This document shows, in pieces, positions 12,032-23,406 of a DNA stretch of 64,000 nt (positions are counted from its first letter, which is position 1; each line of letters opens with the position of its first letter). Source of the DNA: Mobula hypostoma. Taxonomy: Eukaryota. A model generated the notes under the pieces. The model saw only the letters and a program-made list of their open reading frames with translations, made no database searches and was not told the DNA's origin. Location of the stretch: NCBI RefSeq assembly GCF_963921235.1, contig NC_086107.1, forward strand, positions 106,332,001 to 106,396,000. Direction: 5' to 3'. The translations under genes were made by a program, and so were the position numbers.

Positions 12032-13282
12032 CCTGTCTTAAAATGCACCCAGTGGACTGACCTCCATAGCTGCCTGTGGGAATGAATTCCACAGATTCAC
12101 CACCCTCTGGCTAAGGAAATCCCTCCTCATCTCTGTTTTAAAAGCATGTCCCTATATTTTGACGCCGTGCACTCTCCAATAACCTGCTATCCGAGTATTC
12201 TGAAACCCTGATGGTTCGGTATCTGACTCACTGGGTGACGTTCTGCACTCTCACCTCCTCAACTCAGCTAGGACCTGGCACCCCACCCACTCCCCCACCT
12301 CCCAAAACTCAGTTGGGACCATGTTTGCTCAAACAAGAAGCAACTAGGACCATGTCCCGCTCGCAGAAATGTTCACTGGACTGGAGTCTCATTTCCTGCA
12401 TTCTTAAACTTAACAAGTTCCCTCGATAACTTATAACAATAGACAACATATCCACTAGATAACTTACAACATCTTAAAAAATCTGATTAAAAATGTGCTG
12501 CAGTGTTAAGATAACATCAAAAAGTCAGGAAGATCTACCAATCCAAAGTCCTGAGCACATAGGTTATCTTAGCCAGAAAGTGGTGTATCTGTGGAATTCA
12601 TTGCCACAGGCGGCTGTGGGGGCCAAGTCATTGGGTATATTTAAGGCAGAGGTTGATACATTCTTGATTAGTCAGGGCGTGAAGGGATATGAGGAGAAGG
12701 CAGTAGATTGGGGCTGACAGAAAAAATGGACCAATCATGATAAAATGGCAGAGTAGACTCGATGGGCCAAATGGCTTAATTCTGCTCCTATATCTCATGG
12801 TCTTATTGGAATATTACTGTAGTACAAAGATAAAAATTAGCTTTATTTACACATGTACATTAAAACATAGTGAAATCTGTCATTTGCGTCAACAACCAAC
12901 TGGCCAGTGTTGCATTACTAGAAGTTATCAATGGAATTTACTGTTAGCAGTATTTGAGTATAAGGAGACCACACCACCTTCATTTCCTCTCTTCTCCCCC
13001 CTTCTTCATCCTCTCTCCTCACCCTTCTCTCTTCATCTTCTTTGTTCTTGTAACACTTAATGATGGAAGCAACAAGTTGTATGCTTCATCCTTAACTTCT
13101 GAAGAATCTTTGGATTGCAAGAACATCAGGATCCAACACATCTCAGTATGGCGTTATCCCGTGGGATGGATACAGTCATACAGTATAGAACAAGACCCTT
13201 CAGCCCCATCATTCATCCATGCCAACCAGGAGTCCATGTAAGCCAGTCACACTGGCCTGCATTTGGTCGTATCCCTCTAAAC

Positions 13283-13349
13283 CAGGGGTTCCCAACTTTC
13301 CTTGTGCCACTAGCTAAGGGGTCGGTGGATCCCAGGTTAGGGAGACTTG
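13283..13349. mobile_element. hAT (Charlie-type) MITE
   Basis: caggggttcccaac terminus and 8-bp TSD CTCTAAAC at 13275-13282 and 13350-13357. Confidence 0.75.
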
Positions 13350-14261
13350 CTCTAAACCTTTCCTCATCAAGGTACTTGTCCAAATAATAAACACGAGAGA
13401 TTCTGCAGATACTGCAAATCTTCAGCAAAATGCTGGAGGATCTCAGCTGGTTAGTCAACATTTCGAGCTGAGACCCTTCAACGGGACAGTCAGCCTTTCC
13501 AAATGTCTTTTTGGGCACACTGTTGGTGTCCAAGGTTTCATCATCAGGCAAAACAAACTCTCCCTTGGAGCGCGAATGGGAAGAGGCAGAGAAGGAGACA
13601 TGTCCATCCCTGAACTCCTTACCAGCCATTTGGAATCACTGACCACCCCTCCATAAAATCACGGGAGACGTCCCAGTTCCAACCTTCCCTGGGATCACTC
13701 ATTCCTGAAACCAGGATCCCTACCTAATCCAGTCACCAGGGTCAGCATTAAGATTTACAGGGGTTGTACAACACAGAAATGGGTCTTTCAGCCCACCTCG
13801 TCCATTACAGAATGTTAACAGTGCAGGCCATTCAGCCCATCATGTTGTACTTACCTCCTACAAGATCAAGCTAACCCTTCACTCCCACATAACCCTCAAT
13901 TTTTTATTCATCCATGTGCCCATCTAAGAGTCTTTTAAATGTCCCTAATGTATCTGCCTCTACCATCACCCCCGGCAGTAAGATCCATGCACTCGCCACT
14001 CTGAGTAAAAAAAAACACCTCTTCTGACAACCCCCCCTATAAATTTCCTCCGATCACCTTAAAATTATGTTCAAAGTTCAAAGTACATTTATTATAAAAT
14101 ATGTATACATTATACAACCTTGAGATTTGTCTCCTTACAGGCAGCCACTAAACAAAGAAACCCAATAGAACCCATTAAAAAAAGACCCTCAAATACTCAA
14201 CGTGCAGAGGGAGAAAAAATAGTGCAAACAATGAAAGTAAGCAAATAGCATTCAGGACAGA

Positions 14262-14720
14262 GGTTTTACAAAAGTGATTCTACAGACACGAAGTTTTACG
14301 AAAGTGATTTCAACAGTCACTAAGTTTTACGAAAGTGATTCTACAGGCAAAGTTTTACGGAAGTGATTCCACAGACACAAAGTTTTACGGAAGTGATTCC
14401 ACAGACACAAAGTTTTACGGAAGTGATTCTACACACAAAGTTTTACGAAAGTGATTCTACACACAAAGTTTTACGAAAGTGATTCTACAGGCAAAGTTTT
14501 ACGGAAGTGATTCCACACACAAAGTTTTACGAAAGTGATTCTACACACAAAGTTTTACGAAAGTGATTCTACACACAAAGTTTTACGGAAGTGATTCCAC
14601 AGACACAAAGTTTTACGGAAGTGATTCCACAGACACAAAGTTTTACGGAAGTGTTTCTACACACAAAGTTTTACGGAAGTGATTCCACAGACATGAAGTT
14701 TTACGAAAGTGATTCCACAG
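14262..14720. repeat. Minisatellite with a 29-31 bp unit (aagttttacggaagtgattccacagacaca), about 15 copies
   Basis: Directly visible tandem array with no unique spacers. Confidence 0.92.
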
Positions 14721-14999
14721 AATCAGGAATCACTGTAGCCAGAGCAGACGTCAGCCTCAGTTCAGCACTGAGCTGAGTAAACCTTACAGAGCAGCCAGCA
14801 GAACCAGCCCGTCCCTCGCTCCCAGTCCCGACAGCCTGAACTTTTCCATCTGGTTCACTGCTCAAATCACCCAAAGATCAGGCTCTGTCGTTTGGATACG
14901 TTCTGGGGCCTGGACCCTGCCACACGATTCAGCCCCGAACCTGAGCTTTCTGATTCGGCCCGGCACTTAAATCGATCACATTGGAAAGGTCAGGCACTG

Positions 15000-15780
15000 G
15001 CCCTCATGTATTAGCCATTTCCACCCTGGGAGAAAGGCTCTGGCTGTCCACTTGATCTAGACCTTTTAACATCTTATACTTACCTATTGTCACATCTCAT
15101 CCTCCTTTACTCAACCTTTCCTCATAAGTCATGCACTCTAATGCAGACAGTAATCTGGTGAACCTCCTCTGCATTCTGTCTAAAGCTTACACATCCTTCC
15201 TAAAACGAGGAGACCAGAATTGAACACAATACTCCAAGCGTGGTCTAACCAGTTTTATAGAGCAGCAATGTTATCTCATGGCTCTTGAATTCAATCTCCA
15301 ACTTATATCTTCTTAACCACTCTATTAACTTGTGTGGCAACTTTGATCTATGGACAAAGACAACCCCAACGTCCCTCTATTCCTCTACACTGCTAAGAAT
15401 CTTGTTATTCATCCTGTACTCTGCCATCAAGTTGGACCTTCCAAAGTGAATCACTTCACACATTTCCGGGTTGAACTCCATCTGCCTCTCCTCCGCCTAG
15501 CTCTGCATCCTGTCAATGTCCCGTTGCAACCCACTGTACAACAACGTCCTACATGATCCACAAGTCCACCAACCTTCATGCCAAACACATTCTTACTAAC
15601 CCACCCTTCCAAGTCATTAATAAAGGTCACAAAGAGTGGGGTTCCCAGAACAGATCCCTGTGGAACCACACTGGGAACCAACCTCCAGGCAGAATACACT
15701 CATCTACTACCACCGTCTATGGACATCCCATGCCTCCTGGCTTTCTTAATAAGCCTACCATGGGGAACCTTGTTGAAACT
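15000..15780 (-). mobile_element. CR1 LINE RT fragment
   Basis: VPQGSVLGTPLFVTFINDL on the minus strand. Confidence 0.75.
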
Positions 15781-16340
15781 TCTCTATGCCAGTCCTGTTT
15801 ATCCACACTTGGTCCTTGGCCTTCCATGCCTTGTCGATGTAACTGCTTGTTGAAATACTTCTTCAATATTGTAAGAACCTTTTGCCCACCACCTCCTCAG
15901 ACAGAGCTGTTCCAAATTCCAAACACATTTCCCTTCAGATCCTCCCACCATCAGCCTTCGACCTCTGACTTCATACCCTTGCCCCTTGTGTTAGACACTA
16001 CCACCACTGGGAAAAGTGCCATCCACACGGATTGTTAAACCACACTGGAACGCCGAGGTAATACTGGGGACAACCAGTCACGGAGTGCAGAAAATAGTAT
16101 TACATTTACAGAGAAAGTGCGAGCAGACAAGGGCCATGACGATGTAGATCGTGAGGTCAAGAGTCCATCTTATCAGACAAGAAGTCCGCTCAGTAGTCCT
16201 ATAATGGTGAGATAAAAGCTTTTCAAAGTTTAAAGTAAATTAGATTATCAAAGTATATATATGTCACCATATACAACCCTGAGATTCACTGTCTTGTGAG
16301 CATACTTAATAAATCTAAGAAATAATAACCATCATCATGT

Positions 16341-17193
16341 GCCATGTCGAAGATCGCAGAGAGACATTGATAGGATGCAGAAGTGGGCTGAGAAGTGGCA
16401 GATGGAGTTCAACCCGGAGAAGTGCGAGGTGGTACACTTTGGAAGGACAAACTCCAAAGCAGAGTACAAGGTAAGTGGCAGGATACTTGGTAGTGTGGAG
16501 GAGCAGAGGGATCTGGGGGTACATGTCCACAGATCCCTGAAAGTTGCCTCACAGGTGGATAGGGTAGTTAAGAAGGCTTATGGAGTGTCAGCTTTCATAA
16601 GTCGAGGGATGGAGTTTAAGAGTCGTGGGGTAATGATGCAGCTCTATAAAACTCTGGTTAGGCCACACTTGGAGTACTGTGTCCAGTTCTGGTCACCTCA
16701 CTATAGGAAGGATGTGGAAGCATTGGAGGGGTACAGAGGAGATTTACCAGGATGCTGCCTGGTTTAGAGAGTATGGATTATGAGCAGAGATTAAGGGAGC
16801 TAGGGCTTTACTCTCTGGAGAGAAGAACAATGAGAGGAGACATGATAGAGATATACAAGATAATAAGAGGAATAGATAGAGTGGATAGCCAGCGCCTCTT
16901 CCCCAGGGCACTACTGCTCAATACAAGAGGACATGGCTTTAAGGTAAGGGGTGGGAAGTTCAAGGGGGACATTAGAGGAAGGTTTTTTACTCAGAGAGTG
17001 GTTGGTGCATGGAATGCACTGCCTGAGTCAGTGGTGGAGACAGATACACTAGTGAAATTTAAGAGACTACTAGACAGGTATATGGAGAAATTTAAGGTGG
17101 GGGGGTTATATGGGAGGCAGGGTTTAAGGGTCGGCACAACATTGTGGGCTGAAGGGCCTGTACTGTGCTGTACTGTTCTATGTTCTAAGTTCT
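16341..17193 (+). mobile_element. CR1 LINE 3' portion inserted into a non-autonomous RTE-like element
   Basis: WAEKWQMEFNPEKCEV...RPHLEYCVQFWSP...FFTQRVVGAWNALP with a (tgttcta) tail. The host element continues at 17194-17545. Confidence 0.85.
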
Positions 17194-18699
17194 ATGACAT
17201 GGGCAATCATGGTCAAGGGGCTATGATTGTTCTAGGCAAGTTTTCCTACAGAAGTGGTTTGCCATTGCCTTCTTCTGGGCAGTGTCTTCACAAGATGGGT
17301 GACCCAAGCCATTATCAGAACTCTTCAAAGATTGTCTGCCTGGCGTCAGTGGTCGCATAACCAGGACTTGTGATAAGCCCCAGCAGCTCATACGACCATC
17401 CACCGCCTGCTCCCATGGCTTAAGGTGGCCTTGATTGGCGAGCTAAGCAGATGCTACACCTTGCCCAAGAGTGAGCTGCAGACTAGTGGAGGGAAGGAGC
17501 AACTTACACCTCCATTTGGTAGAGATGCACCTCCACCCCACTGCCCAATAATAACCATAACAGAATCAATGAAAGACCATCCAACTAGGCCGTTCAACTA
17601 GAGTGCAGAAGACAACAAAACTGTGCAAATACAAAAAGGAAGAAATAATAATAATAAATAAGCAATAAGTACTGAGAACATGAGATGAAGATTCCTTGAA
17701 AGTGAGTCCATTGGTTCTGGGAACATTTCAGTGATGGGCAAGTGAAGTTGTCCCTTTTGGTTCAAGAGTCTGATGGTTGAGGGGTAGTAACTGTTCCTGA
17801 CCAAGGTGGTTTGACCCATATCCCCCAAAACTTTTCTATCCAGCTGCATTGTTCCAACTTCTAAAATCATCCATTGTCCTCCATGCACATCACTCCTCAA
17901 TTAAGGACCTTAACCTCCCCTTAATGATCACTTTATCTAATTCCTGGAACAGAAATTCTATTTGTTGCTTCCCAAGACTTCTCTACTGTTGATTTCTTTC
18001 CTTCTCAGGTTTTTGACCTGATGTTATCATTGTCCGTTCCTCTTCACAGATGCCGACTGACCTGCTGAGTGTTTCCGGCAGTTTCTGCTTTCATTTGTGG
18101 ATACTATAGAAAGAATGCAGAGGACATTTACGAGGATGTTGCCTGGATTGGAGAGTGTGCCTTATGAGAATAGGCTGGGTCAACTTGTCCTTTTCTCCTT
18201 GGAGCGACGGAAGATGAGAAGTGACCTGATAGATGATGAGAGGCGTTGATCATGTGGATAGTCAGAGGCTTTTTCCCAGGGCCAAAATGGCTAACACAAG
18301 GGTGCATAGTTTTAAGGTGCTTGGAAGTAGGTACAGAGGGGATATCAGGGGTACATTTTTCACACAGAGAGCAGTGGGTGCATGGAATGCATTGCCAGCA
18401 ACGGTGGTGGACGCGGAGTCTTTTAAGAGACTCTTAGATAGGTACATGGAGCTTAGAAAAAATAAGAGGGAAATTCTAGGCAGTTTCCAGAGTAGGCTAC
18501 ATGGTTGGCACAACATTGTGGGCCGAAGGGCCTGTAATATGCTGTAGATCTCTATGTTCTATATTCATATTTCCAGCCTCTGTAGTTTTCTTTTATTTTC
18601 ACCCCTCACAGTCATCACTCCCTACCCTCCATTGTAGCTCAGCCACAGCCCTCCCCAAGACAGATGGTCCTCAGCATCTCAAGATTGGTCCCTATATAA

Positions 18700-19100
18700 C
18701 CATATAACAATTACAGCATGGAAACAGGCCATCTCGGCCCTTCTAGTCCGTGCCAAACTCTTACTCTCAGCTAGTCCCACCAACCTGCACTCAGCCCATA
18801 ACCCTCCATTCCTTTCCTGTCCATATATCTATCCAATTTAACTTTAAATAACAACATCGAACCTGCCTCAACCACTTCTGCTGGAAGCTCGTTCCACACA
18901 GCGACCACTCTCTGAGTAAAGAAGTTCCCCCTCATGTTACCCCTAAACTTTTGTCCTTTAACTCTCAACTCATGTCCTCTTCTTTGAATCTCCCCACTCT
19001 CAATGGAAAAAGCCTATCCATGTCAACTCTATCTATCCCCCTCATAATTTTAAACACCTCTATCAAGTCCCCCCTCAACCTTCTATGTTCCAAAGAATAA
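18700..19100 (-). mobile_element. CR1 LINE 3' fragment
   Basis: RGNFFTQRVVAVWNELP and an (atatggtt)-type tail. Confidence 0.8.
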
Positions 19101-19520
19101 AGTCCCTGTAGCTTAACAGGCGTGGGCAAGTGATTCTATTGTGTTTCTTTGTACTCACTGTGATTGGCCACAAGAAAATGAACCTTAAGTGTTGTACATG
19201 GTGCTATGAGCGCACTTTGATAATAAATTTACTTTGAACTTCGAAGGGAGCCACAGAGCCACCGGCAAAAAGCCGCACTTCTCTGGTCACTGGTCACCCG
19301 TTCACACTGTGCTCACGGTGTTCCAGCTCTCTGCCCCGGAGCGCGCCGGGAAAATAAACGACAGAAGAACTACCCCTTCCAGCCCCCACACAACCCCTCA
19401 CCGTGAACTCAGCCCAAATCCCAATACTGCCATCAGTCTCCCTTCAACATCACAGGTCCACATCCAACAAATATTTCTCAGAGCACTGGAAGGGGTGCTA
19501 GGTACTTGGGACATCGGGAG

Positions 19521-19758
19521 TGCTTCTGTATTTAATATTTCAGTCATATTTGAATAAACTTGTAAATTGTTTGATTAGGCATTCCTTGTTGTTTACATAA
19601 TTCATTATGAGTTGCATGTAAAAATACGCAAATTACATACGTTATCACGTTACCAGGTGATACATGCACAAGGTGTGAAGTAAACCTGAAGTTAGACTCA
19701 GTTTTCTGACTTCTGTGTCTTCCTTTGAATTAGTTTGATGTTTTTAAGTTACATAACA
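19521..19758. mobile_element. Short AT-rich solo-LTR-like repeat (second copy at 33446-35167, split by insertions)
   Basis: Shares tgtatttaatatttcagt...acataac with the 33446 copy. TG...CA-like ends; no clean TSD. Confidence 0.45.
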
Positions 19759-20214
19759 GATAGGGGGGAAACAAACCAGGTAGAATACCTCCCAATCCCA
19801 CAGATCCTGCACCAGAAACTGCTGCCCTACGGTCTCCAGCCCAATAACAATTGGCCTGAGCAAAGACCCTTCCCTATTGCTTCACCCGGCTATTAGTCCA
19901 CAGAAGCCGCGCAGAAGCGCTGTGTGAGCTAGCAGTTGACATGTCCCGTCCTGCCTCTTTTCACGGCTCAGTTCCTCTGACCACAGCTTGAGGGAGCACT
20001 TGTTTGTGCCCAACCTACCGCTGGCAAACGAGATGAACTGTCCCTCAGGACAAGCTGATCAACATACCTGCAAAATCATTCTAGATCTCCCTGACACTGC
20101 TGTGTGCCTGTAGGGACAGCAGATTAGCTACAAAAATAAGAGAAAATTCTGGAAAGGCTCAGCATCTGTGGAAAGGAAAAGTCACCGTCTCTCGTTGCAA
20201 CAAGCGGGATGCTG

Positions 20215-20500
20215 TGGCGCGACGGTGGCGTAGCGGTTAGCAGGACACCGTTAGAGCTTGAGGGGGGGGGCTCAGATTTCAGATTTCAAATTTCACTTCC
20301 GGCATCCTCTGAGAGCAAGTCTGTACGTTCCTTCCCATGCGTGTTTTTTCCAGCCACTGCGGTTTCCTCCCACAGTCCAAAGTCCTACGAGTCCGTAGGC
20401 TAGCTGGTCATTGTAAATTGTCCCGTGACTACACTAAGGTTAAACCAGCGAGCTGCTGGGCAGCGCGGCTCAAAGGGTCTGTTCCATGCTGAATCTCTAA
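20215..20500 (+). mobile_element. V-type tRNA-SINE
   Basis: ggtggcgtagcggttagc head and ggtttcctcccacagtccaaag V-domain motif. Confidence 0.65.
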
Positions 20501-22124
20501 ACAAATCCAAAAGTATAACGAAGAACTCAGTGAGTCAGACAGCATCTGCAGAAAGAAAGAGCCACCATTTCCTGTCGCAACAAACAAGATGCTGGAAGAG
20601 GTCTGCGGCTCAGGCAGCATCTGCGGAAGGAAATGGACAATCAACATTTTCAGGTCAAGACCCTCTATCAGGGACACCACTTCCTTCATGACATCTCCTT
20701 CGTCGCTCCAGATATCAGCATCTGACATCGCAAGTCAATATTCACGGTTTCGCTTTCCACAAAGGCCTGACCTGTTGAGTATTTTTATTATCTGCGATTT
20801 TAATTTTCAAAAATCGAAACTATCACTGTACGGTGCATCTACTTTAGGAAAGTGCCCTCACAGAACACACTGGAGTTTTTTTTGGCACATATTCATCCCT
20901 AGAATCAGAATTAAATGTATATATCACTGGCACATGTCGTGAAATTAGTTTTTTTGTTGCAGGAGTACATTGCAATGCATGGTAATAGTCTATAAATGAC
21001 AATAAGTATTTTTTAAATTAATAAGCAGGGCAAAAAAAAGGGGTAAATAGTAGTGTTCACGGGATCAATGTCCATTCAGAAATCGATGAAACTGTTCCTT
21101 AAACGTTGAGTGTGTGCTTTCAGGCTCCTGTACCTCCTCCTTGATGGTAACAATGAGAAGAGGACATGTCCTGGGTGACGGGGCCCTTCATGACGGACGC
21201 CACTTTTTGAGGTATCGCCTTTTGAAGGCGTCGTGGACGCCGGGGAGACTAGTGCCCACGATGGTACAACTTCCTGCAACATCATCCTGCCGTTTGACTG
21301 TGAGAGGCAGCGCCAAGCTCATGCCGGACCCTGCCCCTGTCCAATTGCTGCACGACTTTCCCATTGATACCCCGCTCTCTACCAAAACAGAGAAAGGCAG
21401 GCAAACGGGACTCGAGGATGTTCAGATATAATGGACGGAACAGCCTCCAACTGTTGGAATTATACTAATAATTACCTGATTCCAACAAGCCCACGTTCCC
21501 CCATAAACAACATACGCATCCTGACCTGTATTTGAATTCAGTCACCCAACCCTCTTTTAAACTCCGACTAACCCAGGCCGTGTACTTGTTAAGATTTAAA
21601 TCACTCAGTAATTAACCTCTAAATAATTGAAGTTCGAAGAATATGCTTCTCCGCTGGTAATTCTTCATGTTTATTTTGCATGTCATAATTTATGGATTAA
21701 TTAATCCGTTAATTGATTAACCAACTGAACTCCCAGCAAAATTTGGCCACTACCGGTAGCAAGTAAATAAAATTTGCAAGTTGTAATCTCCCCTCCCACA
21801 ATGAGTATTTTTAAACGCTACGTTTCTGCCCTCATGCCTACAATTTAAAACACTACGCACCGTTGCAGATAAAGTCCATTGCAGTTAGCTGCAGCCGTTT
21901 TATTTTGCATTATTGATTTTCCCTTCGCATTAATTGTAATAGTGTTTATATCCGGATGGTAATACAAACCTTCCCCGCTCAAGCCCCTTCCAGAGCCTCA
22001 AAGACAGCTGCTGGCACGGGTTTCAATGCGGTACAATAATATTTCATTTTATTTCTCTTAATTGACTGCAGTGCATTGAAACTCTTGCACACCCTGGCGG
22101 GGTTTGCATTGTTTGATGGATTAC

Positions 22125-22193
22125 CTTCCTGATACGCTTCTTTCTGATGTCCTCCACCGCGAACACTTGCTCTCCTATCGCAGACAGCTCCAT
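22125..22193 (-). CDS. CBX7: CBX7 coding exon 1 (MELSAIGEQVFAVEDIRKKRIRK)
   Basis: ATG at 22193-22191, 69 coding nt, GTAATC donor at 22124. The N-terminus is nearly identical to CBX7 (MELSAIGEQVFAVESIRKKRVRK). Confidence 0.96.
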
Positions 22194-22520
22194 ACAGCCG
22201 GGTTCGCAGCTTTCTTCCTGCGCAACATTTTCAGACGCGCGCCCCCGAGCCTCCTCTCTCCCCCTCTCCCCTCCGTGCACGCGCACGCTCTCCCTGCACG
22301 GCGAGCACGCGCAAAAAAAACCCGGCTCGTGCCCGTGAGCGGAGGAAGAGTCTGCGGGGGTGGGGGTGGGTGCGGCGTGAAAAGATCAAAGAGGCCGGCT
22401 CGCGGTGCGCGCTCCCGTTAGCACGGGATAATGTCGCGCGTGTTCGCGATGGTAAAATTAGAATGAAAGGACAACCGCAGTAAGTTGCATGTGGTGCATT
22501 GCAGAACGCGATCGCGCCTG
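22194..22520 (-). promoter_or_regulatory. CBX7: CpG-rich CBX7 5' UTR and promoter
   Basis: Dense CpG (cgcgcg, gcgcacgc, tcgcgcg) immediately upstream of the ATG, in otherwise CpG-depleted DNA. Confidence 0.7.
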
Positions 22521-22924
22521 CTGGTATTCTATAACCGTAAGCTGCTCGACCTGCTGAGTGTTTTCCAGGAGTCGCCGTCCTTTCAGATTGCAAGTCAGAA
22601 GGAAGATCCCACAGGAGAGAGCGCAGCGAAGGAGAGAGGGTGGAAGTCCAGGCTGACCCGGGGGCTCTGTGATCAGCCGGACAGTGCCGAGCTGTCAGAA
22701 AGAGAAGGTGCAGAACTTTTGGGGAGAGCCTGTTAAGGGAGTGTCACACCACTGGAGGGCAGCACTGAGAATGTGTTTCACTGTCAAGAGAGAAAAATCT
22801 CTCCAATGCCCCAAAACAACAGAGAAACAGGACCTTCAATCCACTAGCTCCGTGATAACTATCGACCACCCATTTACACTTATCTACATTAATTCCTTTC
22901 TTAAAATTCTCTGTATGTAGTATG

Positions 22925-23406
22925 TAGTCATAGTCATACCTTATTGATCCCGGGGGAAATTGGTTTTCGTTACAGTTGCACCATAAATAGTAATAAAACC
23001 TTAAATAGTTAAATAGTAATATGTAAATTATGCCAGGAAATAAGTCCAGGACCAGCCTATTGGCTCAGGGTGTCTGACCCTCCAAGGGAGGAGTTGTAAA
23101 GTTTGATGGCCACAGGCAGGAATGACTTCCTATGACGCTCTGTGTTGCATCTCGGTGGAATGAGTCTCTGGCTGAATGTACTCCTGTGCCCAACCAGTAC
23201 ATTATGTAGTGGATGAGAGATATTGTCCAAGATGGCATGCAACTTAGACAGCATCCTCTTTTCAGACACCACCGTCGGAGAGTCCAGTTCCATCCCCACA
23301 ACATCACCGGCCTTACGAATGAGTTTGTTGATTCTGTTGGTGTCTGCTACCCTCAGCCTGCTGCCCCAGCACACAACAGCAAACATGATAGCACTGGCCA
23401 CCACAG
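22925..23406 (-). mobile_element. Rex1/Babar-like LINE, 5'-truncated
   Basis: VASAIMFAVVCWG...HPLH...SFLPVAIKLYN with an (atgact)n tail. Nearly identical to the 3' part of 36001-37172. Confidence 0.8.

Noticed and set aside
14262..14720. Array of ~30-bp repeats as a CRISPR locus
   Set aside because: Units are contiguous with no unique spacers, there are no cas genes, and the context is a vertebrate intron.
6361..20675. Selection against active sense-strand hammerheads in CBX7 introns
   Set aside because: The sense copies are mutated, but the changes are consistent with CpG decay and age, antisense copies are also degenerate, and the sample is too small.
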